64,000 nt of DNA, taken from contig JANJGN010000004.1 in NCBI GenBank assembly GCA_026770705.1, positions 44,702,001 through 44,766,000 on the forward strand. The letters run 5' to 3'. The DNA comes from Isurus oxyrinchus (lineage: Eukaryota). Position 1 is the first letter of the stretch, and each line of letters opens with the position of its first letter. Made by a program: the position numbers and the translations under genes. Positions 26,342 through 39,400 of the stretch are shown here, piece after piece. The notes below the pieces were generated by a model that was not told the origin of the DNA, ran no database searches, and saw nothing but the letters and a program-made list of their open reading frames with translations.

Positions 26342-27090
26342 AGACAGGATTTTACATGCTGGGCGTGGTTTTGGTAGGGTTTGGGGTGCACGTAAAATAG
26401 GATGGGTACTGCACCACATTGCCACCCATCCCCGAACTTACCCCCATAATATGGGAGTGTGCCCAAAAAGGCAGCCTGCCCACCATAGTTAAATAGCTAA
26501 TCAAGGGTCATTTAGGCTTGTTACCAAGCCAATTGGCTGTGATAATATGCTGTCCTCACCATGAAACGTTTGGGGAGGGCTGTCGGGTGGGAGTGGGCAG
26601 TCTGGTTTTTTAAATAATCTTTTCAAAGGACAGAAAGAAAGGGGGCTAGTTCTATCTTTGGGGGCTGTCCTTTGCTGACTGGGGGGAAACCCCCCTCATA
26701 TAGGACCCACTCTTTCTTCCTACCCACCCGCAGCCTTAAACCCACCCTCCCTACCCCTCTGCCTCTTCCATGACCCACCCAAACCCTCCCTACCAAAGAC
26801 TCTGAATTACCTGTCTCTGGGAATCCATGGGCCTTCTTCCTCCTTCTCTTGCAGTCCCAGCAGTGCCCACTTGGTGCTGCCTGGACTGATGGAGCTGCCA
26901 GCCAATCCGGCAGCTCCTGAGGATGGGACTTCCTCCACAGTGAAGGGTGGAAGACTCACTTGGCCCTTGTTTACCCTGCCCGCAGCACATTATGGGTGCG
27001 GGACAGGTTGGAGTTGAGCCGGTTGACTCCACTCCGACCTTTCTTCCTCGGGTGGGGATGAGCCGTTTGCCCCTCCGTAATATTCAGACC
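26342..27090. mobile_element. Harbinger-type MITE, degenerate
   Basis: Ends AGACAGGATTTTAC and GTAATATTCAGACC, flanks ATG/ATG. Confidence 0.55.
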
Positions 27091-28074
27091 ATGGGAAAAA
27101 TAACAGACCCTATTTCTTCTGGGCTAATGCATTTATTGTCGGAAATCCCTTTCTTTAAGTTTACTTTGGTCTTCAAAAACTGACCTGCTGCACTTTTAGT
27201 TTCCGCCTCTTGGCTGTGCTCAAAAGCCTGCTCAACCCTGTGTCTTTTTGCCCATTTGTGTTGTCCGCCAGGGAAAGGGCTGAGTTACTTAGTACCTCCC
27301 CACACTGATTCACCAGTGGGTCTCTCAGGAAAAGCAGCTACCATTGCTGGCCCAATAACATACAAATAGGACATCTCCTATTACTCTCAAAGTGATTCCA
27401 GTTAATGCCAAGCATGAAAGAATTAGCGTTCATTGCATCAGTTATGAATCCAATAAATCAGCTGATTCAGCTTCAATACACTCCTTCAATGCCTGCAGCC
27501 TATGATCTTTCTTTCTCCCCTGGGGGGCTGCCCTCAGCTGCCTCTGCCTCTCTCACCTCCTCCTGCCCACTCATGACATATTCATCATCGAGTGCAACTC
27601 CAATTACATCTGCACGAGGACCCACTGAGGTGATTGCATCTGAACTGATGGAGGGTGTGTTTGTAAGGTGTGATGGTGCTTGCTCTGATGTCTCTGCTGG
27701 AAGTCCTTGCCCTGGTGCAATACAGGAATCTGTCCTTCCCCCTCGATACCTTAACTTGTGAGATCATGGAACAAGCCTTGGAGAGTAGAATTTCCAATGC
27801 AGCCGAGTCTTTGGCATGCTGCTGGAAGGGGTGAAGTGCACTGCATCCACTTCATCTACGCATTATAGTTTCTATTCACTGTCTCCATCAGGGATGCCCA
27901 TATCACCTTCCCTTCCCTGACTTGCTCATGATCGGCCACCCTGGCAATCTCCATTGCTGCTTCCTCCATGGCAGTGACCATGTGTAGGCTAGGCACTCCT
28001 CCTCTGCTCTGCCCTTCTGTGGATATTATGCGACCTTTTCTCCCAAAAGGATAAAAGAGAGATTAGAAAGGATG

Positions 28075-28565
28075 GAGCTCAATATAATCTCAAGGAACAG
28101 CACCTCACCTTTTGATTAGGCACTTTACAGCCTTCCAGACTGAGCATTGGTTCAACAATTTCAGACCATAATCTCTGCCACCATTTTGTTCCCTTTCTTT
28201 CCATGTTTTGATCTTACTCTTGTTTTTCTCTTGGTTTTGCTTTTGGATGGCAGTTGTCCATTTTTCTGCTATTCGCACCTCCTCTGGACCCACTTTTTGT
28301 TTCTTTACTTGTCTCATTACCACTCCTTGTGGCTCTGCCCCACCAATTCATTTGCTATTTAATGTCTCCTGTCTTCTGTCCTATCACAGTCCTTCCCTTT
28401 TGTTCTTTTCCACCATCCCCCACTTCATCTTCTTGAAACCTATTACGTTTCTAACTTCTCCCCATTCTGATGCAAAGTTAGTGGCCTGAAATCCTAACTC
28501 AGTTTCTGTCTCGACAGATGATACCTGACCTGTTGAGTATTTCCAGCATTTTCTGTGGTTATTTT
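28075..28565 (+). mobile_element. Older Penelope-like 3' fragment
   Basis: Degenerate KEQHLTF*LGTLQPSRLSI endonuclease end, pyrimidine-rich UTR, CTGATG...GAAA motif at ~28467-28498. Confidence 0.75.
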
Positions 28566-28844
28566 AGGTAAGGCTTTATGGCCTCCATTGCAATTACCAC
28601 TGACCCTTTGGCATAGAAAGATGCATGTTTTACTGCTGACAGGTTCTCAACAGCGCCATGTCTCTGAGCCATTCTGAGCAGTCAGAAAGTATCCTTGGCA
28701 CATATTCCTCCCATGTTCAGGAGCAGCATGCAGCCTCAGGCTCCTCAGCTGGAATGTCTGCTGGAGGTTGAATACCAAGAGGCCTGTCCTATGATTTGGT
28801 GTTGCAATCACCTTGCCAGAGCGAGTAAGGCCATTGAAACTTTT

Positions 28845-31800
28845 CTTTTTTTTAATTTATTCACGAGATGTGGGCCTTGCTGGCTGGGCCAGCATTTATT
28901 GCCGATCCCTAGTTGCCCTTGAGAAGTTGGTGGTGAGCTGCCTTCTCGAACTGCTGCAGTCCACATGGTGTAGGTACACCAACACTGCTGTTAGGAAGAG
29001 AATTCCAGGATTTTGACCAGCGACAGTGAATGATTGGTGACATATTTCCAAGTCAGGATAGTGAGTGACTTGAAGGGAAACTTCCAGGAGGGGTGTTCCC
29101 ATCTGCTGTCCTTGTCCTTCTAGGTGGTAGTGGTTGTGGGTTTGGAAGGTGCTGTCAAAGGAAGCTTGGTGAATTCCTGCAGTGCATCTTGTAGATGGTA
29201 CACACATTGCTGCTACTGTGCGTCTGTGGTGGAGGGAGTAAATGTTTGTGGATGTGGTGCCAGTCAAGCGGACTGTTCTGACCTGGATGGTATCAAGCTT
29301 CTTGAGTGTTGTGGGAGCTGCACTCATCCAGGCAAGTGGGGAGTATTCCATTACAGTCCTGAATTGTGCCTTGTAGATGATGGACAGGCTTTGGGAAGTC
29401 AGGAGATGGGTTACTTGTTGCGCAATTCCTAGCTTCTGACCTGCTCTTGTAGGCACAGTATTTACATGGCTAGTCCAGTTCAATTTCTGGTCAATGATAA
29501 CCCCCAGGATATTGATAGTGGGGGATTCAGTGATGATAATGCCATTGAACATCAAGGGGCGATGGTTAGATTTTCGTTTGTTGGAGATGGTCATTGCCTG
29601 ATACTTGTGTGGCACGAATGTTACTTGCCACTTGTCAGCCCAAGCCTGGATATTGTCCAGGTCTTGCTGCATTTGGACATGGGCTGCTTCAGTATCTGAG
29701 GAGTCACAAATGGTGCTGAACATCATGTTAACATCAGCGAACATCCCTGCTTCTGATCTTATGATGGAAGGAAGGTCATCGATGAAGCAGCTGAGGATCG
29801 TTGGGCTGCGACACTACCCTAAGGAATTCCTGCGGTGCTGGAGCTGAGGTGCCTGACCTCCAACAACCACAACTATCCTTCTTTGTACTAGGTATGACTC
29901 CAACCAGTGGAGAGTTTTCCCCCTGATTCCCATTGAGCCCAGTTTTTCTAGGGCTCCTTGATGTCACACTTGGCCAAATGCTGCCTTGGTGTCAAGGGCA
30001 GTCACTTTCACCTCACTTCGGAAGTTCAGCTCTTTTGTCCATGTTTGAACCAAGGCTGTAATGAGGTCAGGAGCTGAGTGGCCCTGGCGGAACCCAAACT
30101 GAGCATCAGTGAGCAGGCTAGTGCCAAGAAAGTGCTGCTTGATAGCACTGTTGATGACCCCTTCAATTACTTTGCTGATGATGGAAAGTAGTCTGATGGG
30201 GTTGTAATTGGCCGGGTTGGATTTGTCCTGCTTTTTGTGTACAGCAATTTTCCGCATGTCTAGGTAGATGCTAGTGTTGTAGCTGTATTAGAACAGCTTG
30301 GCTAGGGGTGCAGCAAGTTCTGGAGCACAAGTCTTTAGTACTATTGCCAGAATATTGTCAGGGTCCATAGCCTTTGCAGTATCCAGTGCCTTCAGCCATT
30401 TCTTGATATCACGTGGAGTGAATCAAATTGGCTGAAGACTGGCATCTGTGATGCTGGAGACCACGGAGGAGGCCGAGATGGATCATCCACTCGGCACTTC
30501 TGGCTGCAGATTGTAGCAAATGATTCAGCCTTATCTTTTGCACTGATGTGCTTCTCTTGCTGGGCTCCTCCATCATTGAGGATGGGGATATTTGTGGAGC
30601 CTCCCCCTCCAGTGAGTTGTTTAATTATCCAACACTATTCACGACTGGATGTGGCAGGACTGCAGATCCGTTGGTTGTGGGATCGCTTAGTCCTGTCTAT
30701 CACTTGCTGCTTATGCTATTTGGCACACAAGTAGCCCTGTGTTATAGCTTCACCAGGTTGACACCTCATGTTTAGGTATGCCTGGTGCATCCTCTTGCAC
30801 ACTTCATTGAACCAGGGTTGATCCCCTCACTTGATGGTAATGGTAGAGTGGGGGATCTGCTGCTGCTGATGGATGCCCAGTCTTGAGTTGCTAGATCTGT
30901 TTGAAATCTATCCCATTTAACACAGTGGTAGTGCCACACAATACAGTGGAGGGTATCCTCAACGCGAAGATGGGACTTTGTCACTCCTACTGATACTGTC
31001 ACGTACAGATGCATCTGCAGCAGGCAGGTTGGTGAGGATGAGGTCAAGTATGTTTTTCCCTCTTGTTGGTTCCCTCACAGACTCAGTCTGGCAGCTATGT
31101 CATTTGGGACTTGGCCAGTTCAATCAGTAGTGCTGCTATGGAGTTGTTCTTGGTGATGGACAGTGAAAACCCCACCCAGAGTACATTCTGCACCCTTGCA
31201 ACCCTCAGTGCTTCTCAACATGGAGGAGTACTGATTCAATAGCTGAGGGAGGGCAGTACATGGTAATCAGCAGGTGCTTTCCTTGCCCATGTTTGACCTG
31301 ATGTCATGAGACTTCATAGGGTCCAGAGTCAATGACCAGGCCAGCTCCCTCCCAACTGTGCGACCACCTCTGCTGGGTCTGTCCTGCTAGTAGGACAGAA
31401 CATACACAGCGATGGTGGTGCCTGGGACATTATCTGTAAGCTATGATTCCATGAGGATGATTATGTATGGCTATTGCCTGACTAGTCTGAGACAGCTCTG
31501 CCAATTTTGGCACAAGTCCCAAGGTGTTAGTAAGGAAGACTTTGCAGGGTCGACAGGGCTGAGATTGCTGTTGTCGTTTCTGGTGCCTAGGTCAATGCCG
31601 ACTGGTCCGCCTGATTTTGTTCCTTTTTTGTGACTTTGTAGCTGGCTATGCCAATTAAGAGCCAATTACATTGCTGTGGTCTGGAGTCATGTGTAGGACA
31701 TTAGTGAACCAGGTGGGTTTTTACAACAATCGACAATGGTTTCATGGTCATCGTCAGACTTTTATTTACAGATTTTTATTGAATTCAAATTCTACCATCT

Positions 31801-31889
31801 GCCATGGTGGGATTCAAACCCAGGTCCCCAGAGGATCACCCTGGGTCTCTGGAATACTAGTCCAGTGACAATACCACTACGCCATCGCC
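28845..31889 (-). mobile_element. Near full-length CR1/L2-clade LINE with tRNA-like 5' head
   Basis: APE-like start at ~31530, NPANYNPIRLLSIISK, QFGFRQGHSAPDL, ALDTKAAF, FAD, YKAQFRTVMEYSPLAW; A-rich 3' end at ~28845. Confidence 0.85.
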
Positions 31890-32879
31890 GGAGGGCTGAT
31901 GGTTTGCTAATGGTGACTTTAATCCAGGACTGCTTGATTTAGGAGGGTGGTCTTCTCCTACCACCGTCTGGAAAGTGGACCACCTTGCTCTTCCTCACTG
32001 CCTCAAGCAGCACCTCTAGTTTACTGTCTGTGAAGAAATGGGCAGCCTTGCCCCTGCCAGCCCTGTGCTTCTCTTCTGAGGACCCTGGTGCTTACAGCCT
32101 TGAAGTTAAATGGCAACCACAATAATGGCTGCAGTGGTCTGTTGAAATCAGGTCTGCACTTGTTCAGTCCCGCCTCCATTCCTGCCCTGTGGCTGCTAAT
32201 TGGCCATCCAACCCATCCTCCAGCCAACTAACAAGCTGCCTCTGTCAAAATTGGGCTGGTGACAGTTTCCCCCATGGGGCAGGGTTGGGACCCAGAAACA
32301 GTCCCGAGGTCTGTTTCCTGACCCTGGAAGGAAAATCAGTCTCCTCCATTCAGTACTTACTGAGATTTGTGTGAGCATCCAGAATGTTTCCTCTCTTTTG
32401 CCCTGCACTTAATATCCCGCTCCCATATGAATGTTGACAGTCTATATATTCTATCCAATGGACACTGAGCTCTTGGTTCTGGCTGTGTGCACTTCCAGTA
32501 TGTTCCCCCTAAATTACCTTGGACAGGAAAATTCACCCTTGGAGCTCATCCAATTAGAAGACAAAAGGTTAATAGGAGATCTGATAAAATGTTCAAAATT
32601 CTAAAAGTTTTTACCAAGGTTAGCAGTGAAGAACTATTTAGTGATCGGCGAGTTGACAATTAGTGTGCATGGGGGCAAAATAGTGCCATGTAGCACCTCT
32701 TTTTAGGTGCCATAGAGACCCAAAAGACTCAAAATTGGTGTCCAATATGCACATGCTAATAGGAAGCAGGGTGCTATCTTGGTAAAGTGTCTGCATGTGG
32801 CGTCTAATGACCACTGGCAGAATACAGAACAGTGAGATGATAATATGAATGAGTGTGCAATGCTGATTTGAAGCCATCA

Positions 32880-33937
32880 CTGCCAGAAAGTAGGAATAAA
32901 TTGGTCTTTTACTGAACAGCAGGCAGTGACTAGTGGGATACTGCAGAGATCAGTGCTTGGGCCCAGCTATTCACAATATATATCAATGATTTGGATGAGG
33001 GGATCAGATGTAACATTTCTAAGTTTGCTGACAAAACAAAACTAGGTGAGAATATGAGTGGTGAGGAGGATGTTAAGAGGCTTCAAAGCGATTTAGACAA
33101 GTTGAGTGAGTGGGCAAATACATGGTAGCTGCAGTAAAACATGGATAAGCGTGAAGTTATCTACTTTGGTAGGAAAACATAATGGCAGAGTTTTATTTAA
33201 ATGGTGCTAGACTGAGAACTATTGATATACAAAGGGACCTGGGTGTCCTTGTACACCAATCACTGAAAGCAAGCAGGCAGGTGCAGCAAGCAGTTAAGAA
33301 GGCAAATGGTATGTTGGCCTTCATTGCAAGAGGACTTGAATACAGGAGCAAGAATGTCTTACTGCAGCTGCACAGGGCCTTGATGAGACCACACCTGGAG
33401 TATTGTGTGCAGTTTTGGTCTACTTACCTAAGAAAGGATATATTTGGCATAGAGGGAGTGTAGCGAATGTTCACCAGACTGATTCCTGGGATGGGCAGGA
33501 TTGTCGTATGAGGAGAGATTGGGCCAACTGGGCCTGTATTCACTGGAGTTTAGAAGAATGAGAGGGGATCTCATTGAAGCATATAAAATTCTGACAGAGT
33601 TGAACAGACTGAATGCAAGGATGATGCTTCCTCTGGTTGGCAGGTCTAGAACAAGGGGTCAGAATCTCAGATACGGGGCAAGCCATTTAAGGCTGAGATG
33701 AAGAGAAACTTCTTCAATCAGAGGGTGGTGAACCTGTGGGATTCTCTACCACAGAAGGCTGTGGTGGCTAAGTCACTGAATATATTTAAGAAGGAAATAG
33801 ATAGAGTTCTAGATTCTAAGGGCATCAGGGGTATGGGGAGAGAGTGGGAGTATGATGTTGAGATATAGGATCAGCCATGATCAAGTTGAATGGTAGAATG
33901 ACCTACTCCTACTTCTATTTTTATATGTTTCTATGTT
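32880..33937 (+). mobile_element. CR1 LINE 3' fragment
   Basis: SVLGP, KFAD, RPHLEYCVQFW, RRMRGDLIE and CR1 tail. Confidence 0.92.
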
Positions 33938-34840
33938 TAAAAACGTACATTCCAACCAACTCCTCGTTGTAACCTTGCACTGCCGAACACAAAGATAAAC
34001 ATAATGAAGAAGCCCCACCAGTGCTGTTTAAAGGGATCATGAAGCACTGAGGGGTGATTTCTGGATTATTTCTTCTGGCTTTGGAGCTTTTCAATATTTG
34101 ACTGAAGTTTGAAAACTCTACAGGGAGTGGTGTGGCTGGTCTTGAAGTGCTTGGCATATAAATCATTGCGCTGAAAGAACTTAATTGCACACGTGGACGG
34201 CCAGGTAAGGCTTCCTCCAAGAATTGAACATGATCAGGAGAATGAAAAGAGGCCTCACAGAACAGATCAAGCTGCTAAAAGAGGGAGTGCATGGGGAAGG
34301 ATTAGAGGAGGAAGTGGAAGAAAGAAAGAGGATGAGGAACAGAGTTTACAATGAAGACAGCCCATTTCTGCCCAGGCTCCCGATGATCAGATTATTCATA
34401 AGCAGTGACAATAACCATACCTACACCTCCCCATTCAACAAGAATTCCATACAACTACCCTCTCCTCTATAACTGACCATCCTATCATCCTTCTTCTGAT
34501 AACATAAAAATAAAAACCATCAGGAAATGCAAATTCAAACCCCATTTGACTTGTTCAGCAATTCATTCAAAAAGAAATCAAGCATCCTTTAGTGCTTGCC
34601 TTCCTTATGTCTTTAGTTTTCATTGGGCTCCTATGAAGTGCTTTCCCAGTGTCTGCAGCATTGATGGTGGAAGGCTGCTGACTTTCAGTTGAGGGGACTG
34701 CAGATGATCTTGAGCAGCCCTGGGCATTTTTATTTTTCCACCTATTTCCATTATTTTTAATGTATTCCACCGATCATTTATCTATACCTTTTACGCCCTT
34801 TTAGTCTTATTTCACCCCACTCCCACTAGAGCTATCTGTA

Positions 34841-34975
34841 ACTCTTTCAAGTACAAACCTGTTTCCATCTGTTTCAGATGAAGTTACATTGTTTCATAGT
34901 TTGCCATTGAGATTTGAACTCCTGATCTTGGGGTTACAAACCCAGTACCATAACCACTTGGCTATTTAGGCCAAG
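34841..34975 (-). mobile_element. Short tRNA-derived SINE (135 bp)
   Basis: A box TAGCCAAGTGG, anticodon-like loop TTTGTAA, B box GAGTTCAAATC; 15-bp TSD CTAGAGCTATCTGTA. Confidence 0.85.
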
Positions 34976-35211
34976 CTAGAGCTATCTGTACCTTGCTTGT
35001 CCTGCTATCCATTCTTAATTAGCACATTCTTTTAGATAATATCACCACCTTCAACACCTCTTTGTTCTTTTGTCTGCGACATCTTTTGGTTATCTCCTCC
35101 TATCACTGCTTGTTTGTCCCAACAACCACCTCCCCCTTCTCTCTCCCCCCACCCCCCTGCTCCCCCCCCCCCCAAACCAGCTTATATTTCACCCCTCTCC
35201 TATTTTTACTT

Positions 35212-35250
35212 AGTTCTGTTGAAGGGTCATGAGGACTCGAAACATCAACT
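35212..35250 (+). ncRNA. Minimal type I hammerhead ribozyme-like motif (variant core)
   Basis: AGTT-CTGTTGA-A-GGGTC-ATGAG-GACTC-GAAA-CATC-AACT; homologues at 7353-7393, 25967-26007(-), 41270-41304 and 62309-62347. Confidence 0.6.
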
Positions 35251-37624
35251 GTACTCTTCTCCACCGATGCTGCCAGACCTGCTGAGTTTTTCCAGGTATT
35301 TTTCATTTTTTGTTTTGGATTTCCAGCATCCGCAGTTTTTTGTTTTTATATCTGGGCATAGAGGGCCTGGTTTCAGACAGCACCACCTTGGCCTGGACTG
35401 CAGCAGTTTTGTCTGGACTGTATGACAGGCAACAGCAAAGGAACAGACAGAATGACAGAGTTAGGAACAGAAATGCTGTCACCCTGAGTTCCTTTTTCAT
35501 GGAGCCACTGCCACTCTCCTGGAGCTGAGCCTCAGCAATCCTGAAGGGCTGTTGGAGAACAAATTCCTGGACTGCTGTTCTGTCCTGGAAGCCCTTTTGA
35601 ACAAGGGAAACCAAAGCCATGATGGCAGACATCTGAGTTTGCAACACAGAAGTCTAAGATTCCAATGCAGCCTTCACACCTCTGATGGAAGATGTTAGTT
35701 CTGCAATGGAAGCGATGACATTGGCATCATATGTTGCATCATGGTTGGCTGAACAGATGTGCAGATGGAGCTGAGAATCTATTCCAAATTAGAAAGGATG
35801 GGCCCCAAGCTTTATGCAAAGCCCTGTGCCAAGCTTGTGCTGGAATTCTTTATGCTCCTTGACATTGAGCACAGATTTTCGAGTTTGCCAAGCATTTGGT
35901 TTTGTATGCTCATCAGCTTTCTTCTGTAGCCTGGCCCATCAAAGTCCTCATCTGAGCGGAGCATATATGCAGCCTCTCCCACTGATGAGCTGGCACTTCC
36001 GACAGCCTTTCCCCCCAATCCTGCCTCCTACGCACTTGCACCAAGTGTCTCACGTGATGCAGACTCCTCCTGTTTTCTAGCCCCTAAAACATATGCAGTG
36101 TTAGTATCTGAGCTGGTTGCTGCAAGTGTAAGATTTAATGATGGTAAATCTTCATCTTCACTATCTTTTTCCTCATACATAAGAACATAAGAACACAAGA
36201 TATAGGAACAGGAGTGGTTCCCTTGAGCCTGCTCCTTCATTCGATATGATCATGGCTGATCCTATTGTGGCTTTAATTCCACTTTCCTGCCTGCCCCCCA
36301 AAACATCTGACTCCCTCACAGATCAAAAGCCATAAATCTTCCTCAGATGCCTGAGAAGATTCCAGTTCTTGAGTTTCTGAAATGGAGACAAGGGTTGAGC
36401 TGTGGTCACTGGGCAGGCGAAAGTAAGAAGGACATGTTTACACCATGTCCAGCTGTGACTCAAAGGGATGAGGAAGAAATAGGAAGAGAAGGGTGATTAG
36501 ATATGTGGACACCCTCATCATCAATTAATTCAGTGCTGCCAATAGACAATGTCTCAGTGATGCCCCTTCCCATGATGGCCAGCATTGTCTCCTCAATGGG
36601 AATTTAAAGGTGCAGGCACATCTGTTCTCCTTCAGTTATTTCATGCTGCCATCTGTGATGCCCCAACCTCTCCTGCAAGAAAGAAGGAAGTGTGCTAGTG
36701 AGTGGTTGGTTGATGTGGCTGTCATGGTTACATAGTTGACAGTGTGTTTGAACTCTGAGTTATGGGGGCAAGGCTTGAAAGTGTGTGAGGGTGAGGTAAA
36801 GCATATAAACTGAAGGCTTGAGTACTGATTGCTAGAGGTTGTTGGTTAGTGAGTGATGGTATTGTAATGAATTGAGTAGTGGCTGGGGCTTGTGGTGTAG
36901 TGGCCAAATACGCCATTTGAAGATTGAACTCATTCACTTCAGTGGCATGTATTAAATCATTAAACTTTTTCCTGAACTGCATCCATGTTCTTGGAGCCAA
37001 ACTCCTGAAATTGACCTCCACCAATGCTCCTTCCCACTGCCTCCTGAGCATATGACTGGACAGCCACCTGACCCCTTATGTTCATAGGATGGCTTGCCTC
37101 GAGTGCATTGCCAGAAAAGCTTGGTGCACACTTGTTTGCCGGTTCAACCATCTTAACAAAAACCCTTCAACTCAATTAACTTCCTGACACCTCCTCCAGC
37201 AACCTCCTGTTTAAGAAGTGTAGGCTACCTTTTATTAGTGCTAGATATTTGTAATATTGGGCCAATGAATGACTTGGGATGTATTAGCAGCATGCAGCAA
37301 TCATTTAAAAACCAGTTGGCAGTACAAGTTTAACACACAGCCTGCAACGCAACAAGCAGACACAGGTTAATTGTAAACTGTGACATGCATGCTTGTTCTC
37401 GGCTCTTACCCAATTTAACCCCCAAAGATTTAAGATCATCACTGAAAGGATGAAGAGCATATTATGGCACATTTTTTACATAGATGGTTGTTAGGATATG
37501 GAATACCCTATCAGGAACAGTGGCAGAAGCAGAGGCGCATTGGGCCGCATAGCTAGTGAGATGCCCAACATTCTAAGTGTGACTTAACTAATGAGTTGTA
37601 CAGGCTTAGCATTGCTTCTTGCTT

Positions 37625-37745
37625 TCTGTATATAGATATACACATAGATGTATATGTGATCTGTATATATTTATGGATATACGCACAAATATATATATTT
37701 TAAAAACTGTATATTATACATACATACTTATATATATATATAAAC
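37625..37745. repeat. Degenerate (TA)n microsatellite
   Basis: Interrupted TA/CA dinucleotide tracts seen directly. Confidence 0.8.
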
Positions 37746-38559
37746 AATAGTGTAGTAATTATAGTTTTGATAAATATAGGACTGTAGTTTTAAGAATAAT
37801 TGTTTTGTAAGATCACATGATCTGTGTAAACCAATCCGTTTGTAGTGTGGGGAACCTTTAGGAGGAAGTTCTCCTTTAGTTATAAAGCTTGATGTACACA
37901 TGTGACCATTGACGTTGCTGCCTTGTAAATAAAGTTCAATGTTTCCATCAAGAAAAGTTTCCTGGAAAATCAACTCTATAACAAATAGAAAATTATTACA
38001 GTGTTCAGAAGGCTGGTGAGAAAATCTTATCTTATGCCATGGCCATTGTACATTCCAAAGCCATGCACACCGGAGAACCTGGCCACACATTTCGGTTGAT
38101 TAGTGCCACATTTTCGGTGCTATGGCTGTACTTTCAGATCCAAAATGATGTCTGCACCACAAATGCACACCTTTGGTGCTGGTCATCTAGATGCCATTTT
38201 GGGCAGGTACTTAGCGTGGCCACAGGGATCATACACCAGAAGTATGCTGAGTAGATAGATCATGACATCAGTTAGTGGTGTAATGCTGATTTGACTCTCA
38301 TGGTGCCTTTTTCACCCTCAATGTTCCAGCTAATGTCCTCTCTTCATCTTGCAACAGATTGCATTCAGTGCAATTTAAAAGGACTATCAACTACTTTCAG
38401 GTTATTTGCTGATTGATTTCTACTGGCGATTGTTGAGTTAGTAGAAGCACTTGGTAGTTTGTATTGCTACTTAAAGTTGATGAAGTCTACAGGGAATGGT
38501 GTACTGGTGAAGCCCTTGATTCAACTTTAAGGGTCTGATCAGACTATTTGTTCCCTCTC

Positions 38560-39400
38560 ATGGCTGCCCCATGATTTGCAGCATGAGAGTGAGAATAAGC
38601 AGAGGTGATAAAGAGAAGAAACTGCTTGAAGATAGAAGAGAAGGAGGGGGAGAAGGGCTCTCAGCAGGAGGACATATTCTCCTACCTCAGCTTCATTAAA
38701 GAACTGTGTGTATGCGTCATTAAAAAGGTACTCACAGAATCCTGTCAGCTCAGCTTAAGACCTACAGGTTCAGAGCAGGGGAAGAATGGCATTCCCAGTG
38801 GCTGTGAAGGTGACCATGGCCTTGAACTTCTTTGTGTCGAGATTATTCCAGGTTAGAGCAAGAGACATTTCCAACATCTTGCAGTTTGCCATCCACTGCT
38901 GTATAAGGAAGGTCATGGAGAGAAGCAGGTAGAGTGTGCACGCACTTCATTAGGATAGCTGCTTCCCCACAGTGCAGGGTGCCATTGATTGCACACATAT
39001 TTCTCTGCCGACACCACATGTAAGTTTAGAAATATAACGTAACTGCAAAACATTCTGTTTCCTTAATGTCCAGCTGGCGTGCAATGATACTCAGCACATC
39101 ATGGAAGTCAATGCCCTGTACCCTAACAGCAGTCATGATACTTTTATTCTGCACCAGTCTACTATATCTTAAACATTGCACCAGTCCACTGTATCTTAAG
39201 CATGTTGAGCCACCATGACAAGCCAAAGGATGGCTGCTAGGTGCAAAAGATTAGCTGCTGACTACCTGGTTCATAACTCCCAGTGTGCAAACCAGGCATA
39301 CATGGGCAGCATGCGTATAAATGAACCTTGCTACCATATGAATTGCCAGTGAGAAGACTATTGGAGTACTTGAGAAACACTTACAATACCTTCAGCCTTT
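38560..39400 (+). pseudogene. Harbinger transposase remnant
   Basis: PVAVKVTMALNFF, FPTVQGAIDCTHISL, LNVQLACND, YPNSSHDTFIL, EKTIGVL. Confidence 0.85.

Larger units (their letters stand above)
27600..32100 (-). pseudogene. Harbinger Myb/SANT remnant broken by Penelope and LINE insertions
   Basis: AAHFFTDSKLEVLLEAVRK at ~32050-31990; downstream piece TAMEEAAMEIARV at ~27980-27935. Confidence 0.5.
34728..35351 (+). mobile_element. Penelope-like 3' UTR/pLTR fragment
   Basis: Colinear with ~61990-62445; TSD CTGGGCAT (34720-34727, 35352-35359). Confidence 0.85.
34240..37150. mobile_element. Harbinger relic (acidic transposase end on +, Myb gene on -)
   Basis: WEGALVEVNFRSLAPRTWMQFRKKFNDL (ORF 36728..37051); convergent with acidic tail at 34280-34410; small CR1 tail at ~36175-36320. 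Confidence 0.7.

Noticed and set aside
34903-34973. Functional tRNA-Thr(TGT) gene
   Set aside because: Poor acceptor and anticodon stem pairing, an attached tail and a 15-bp TSD indicate a SINE.
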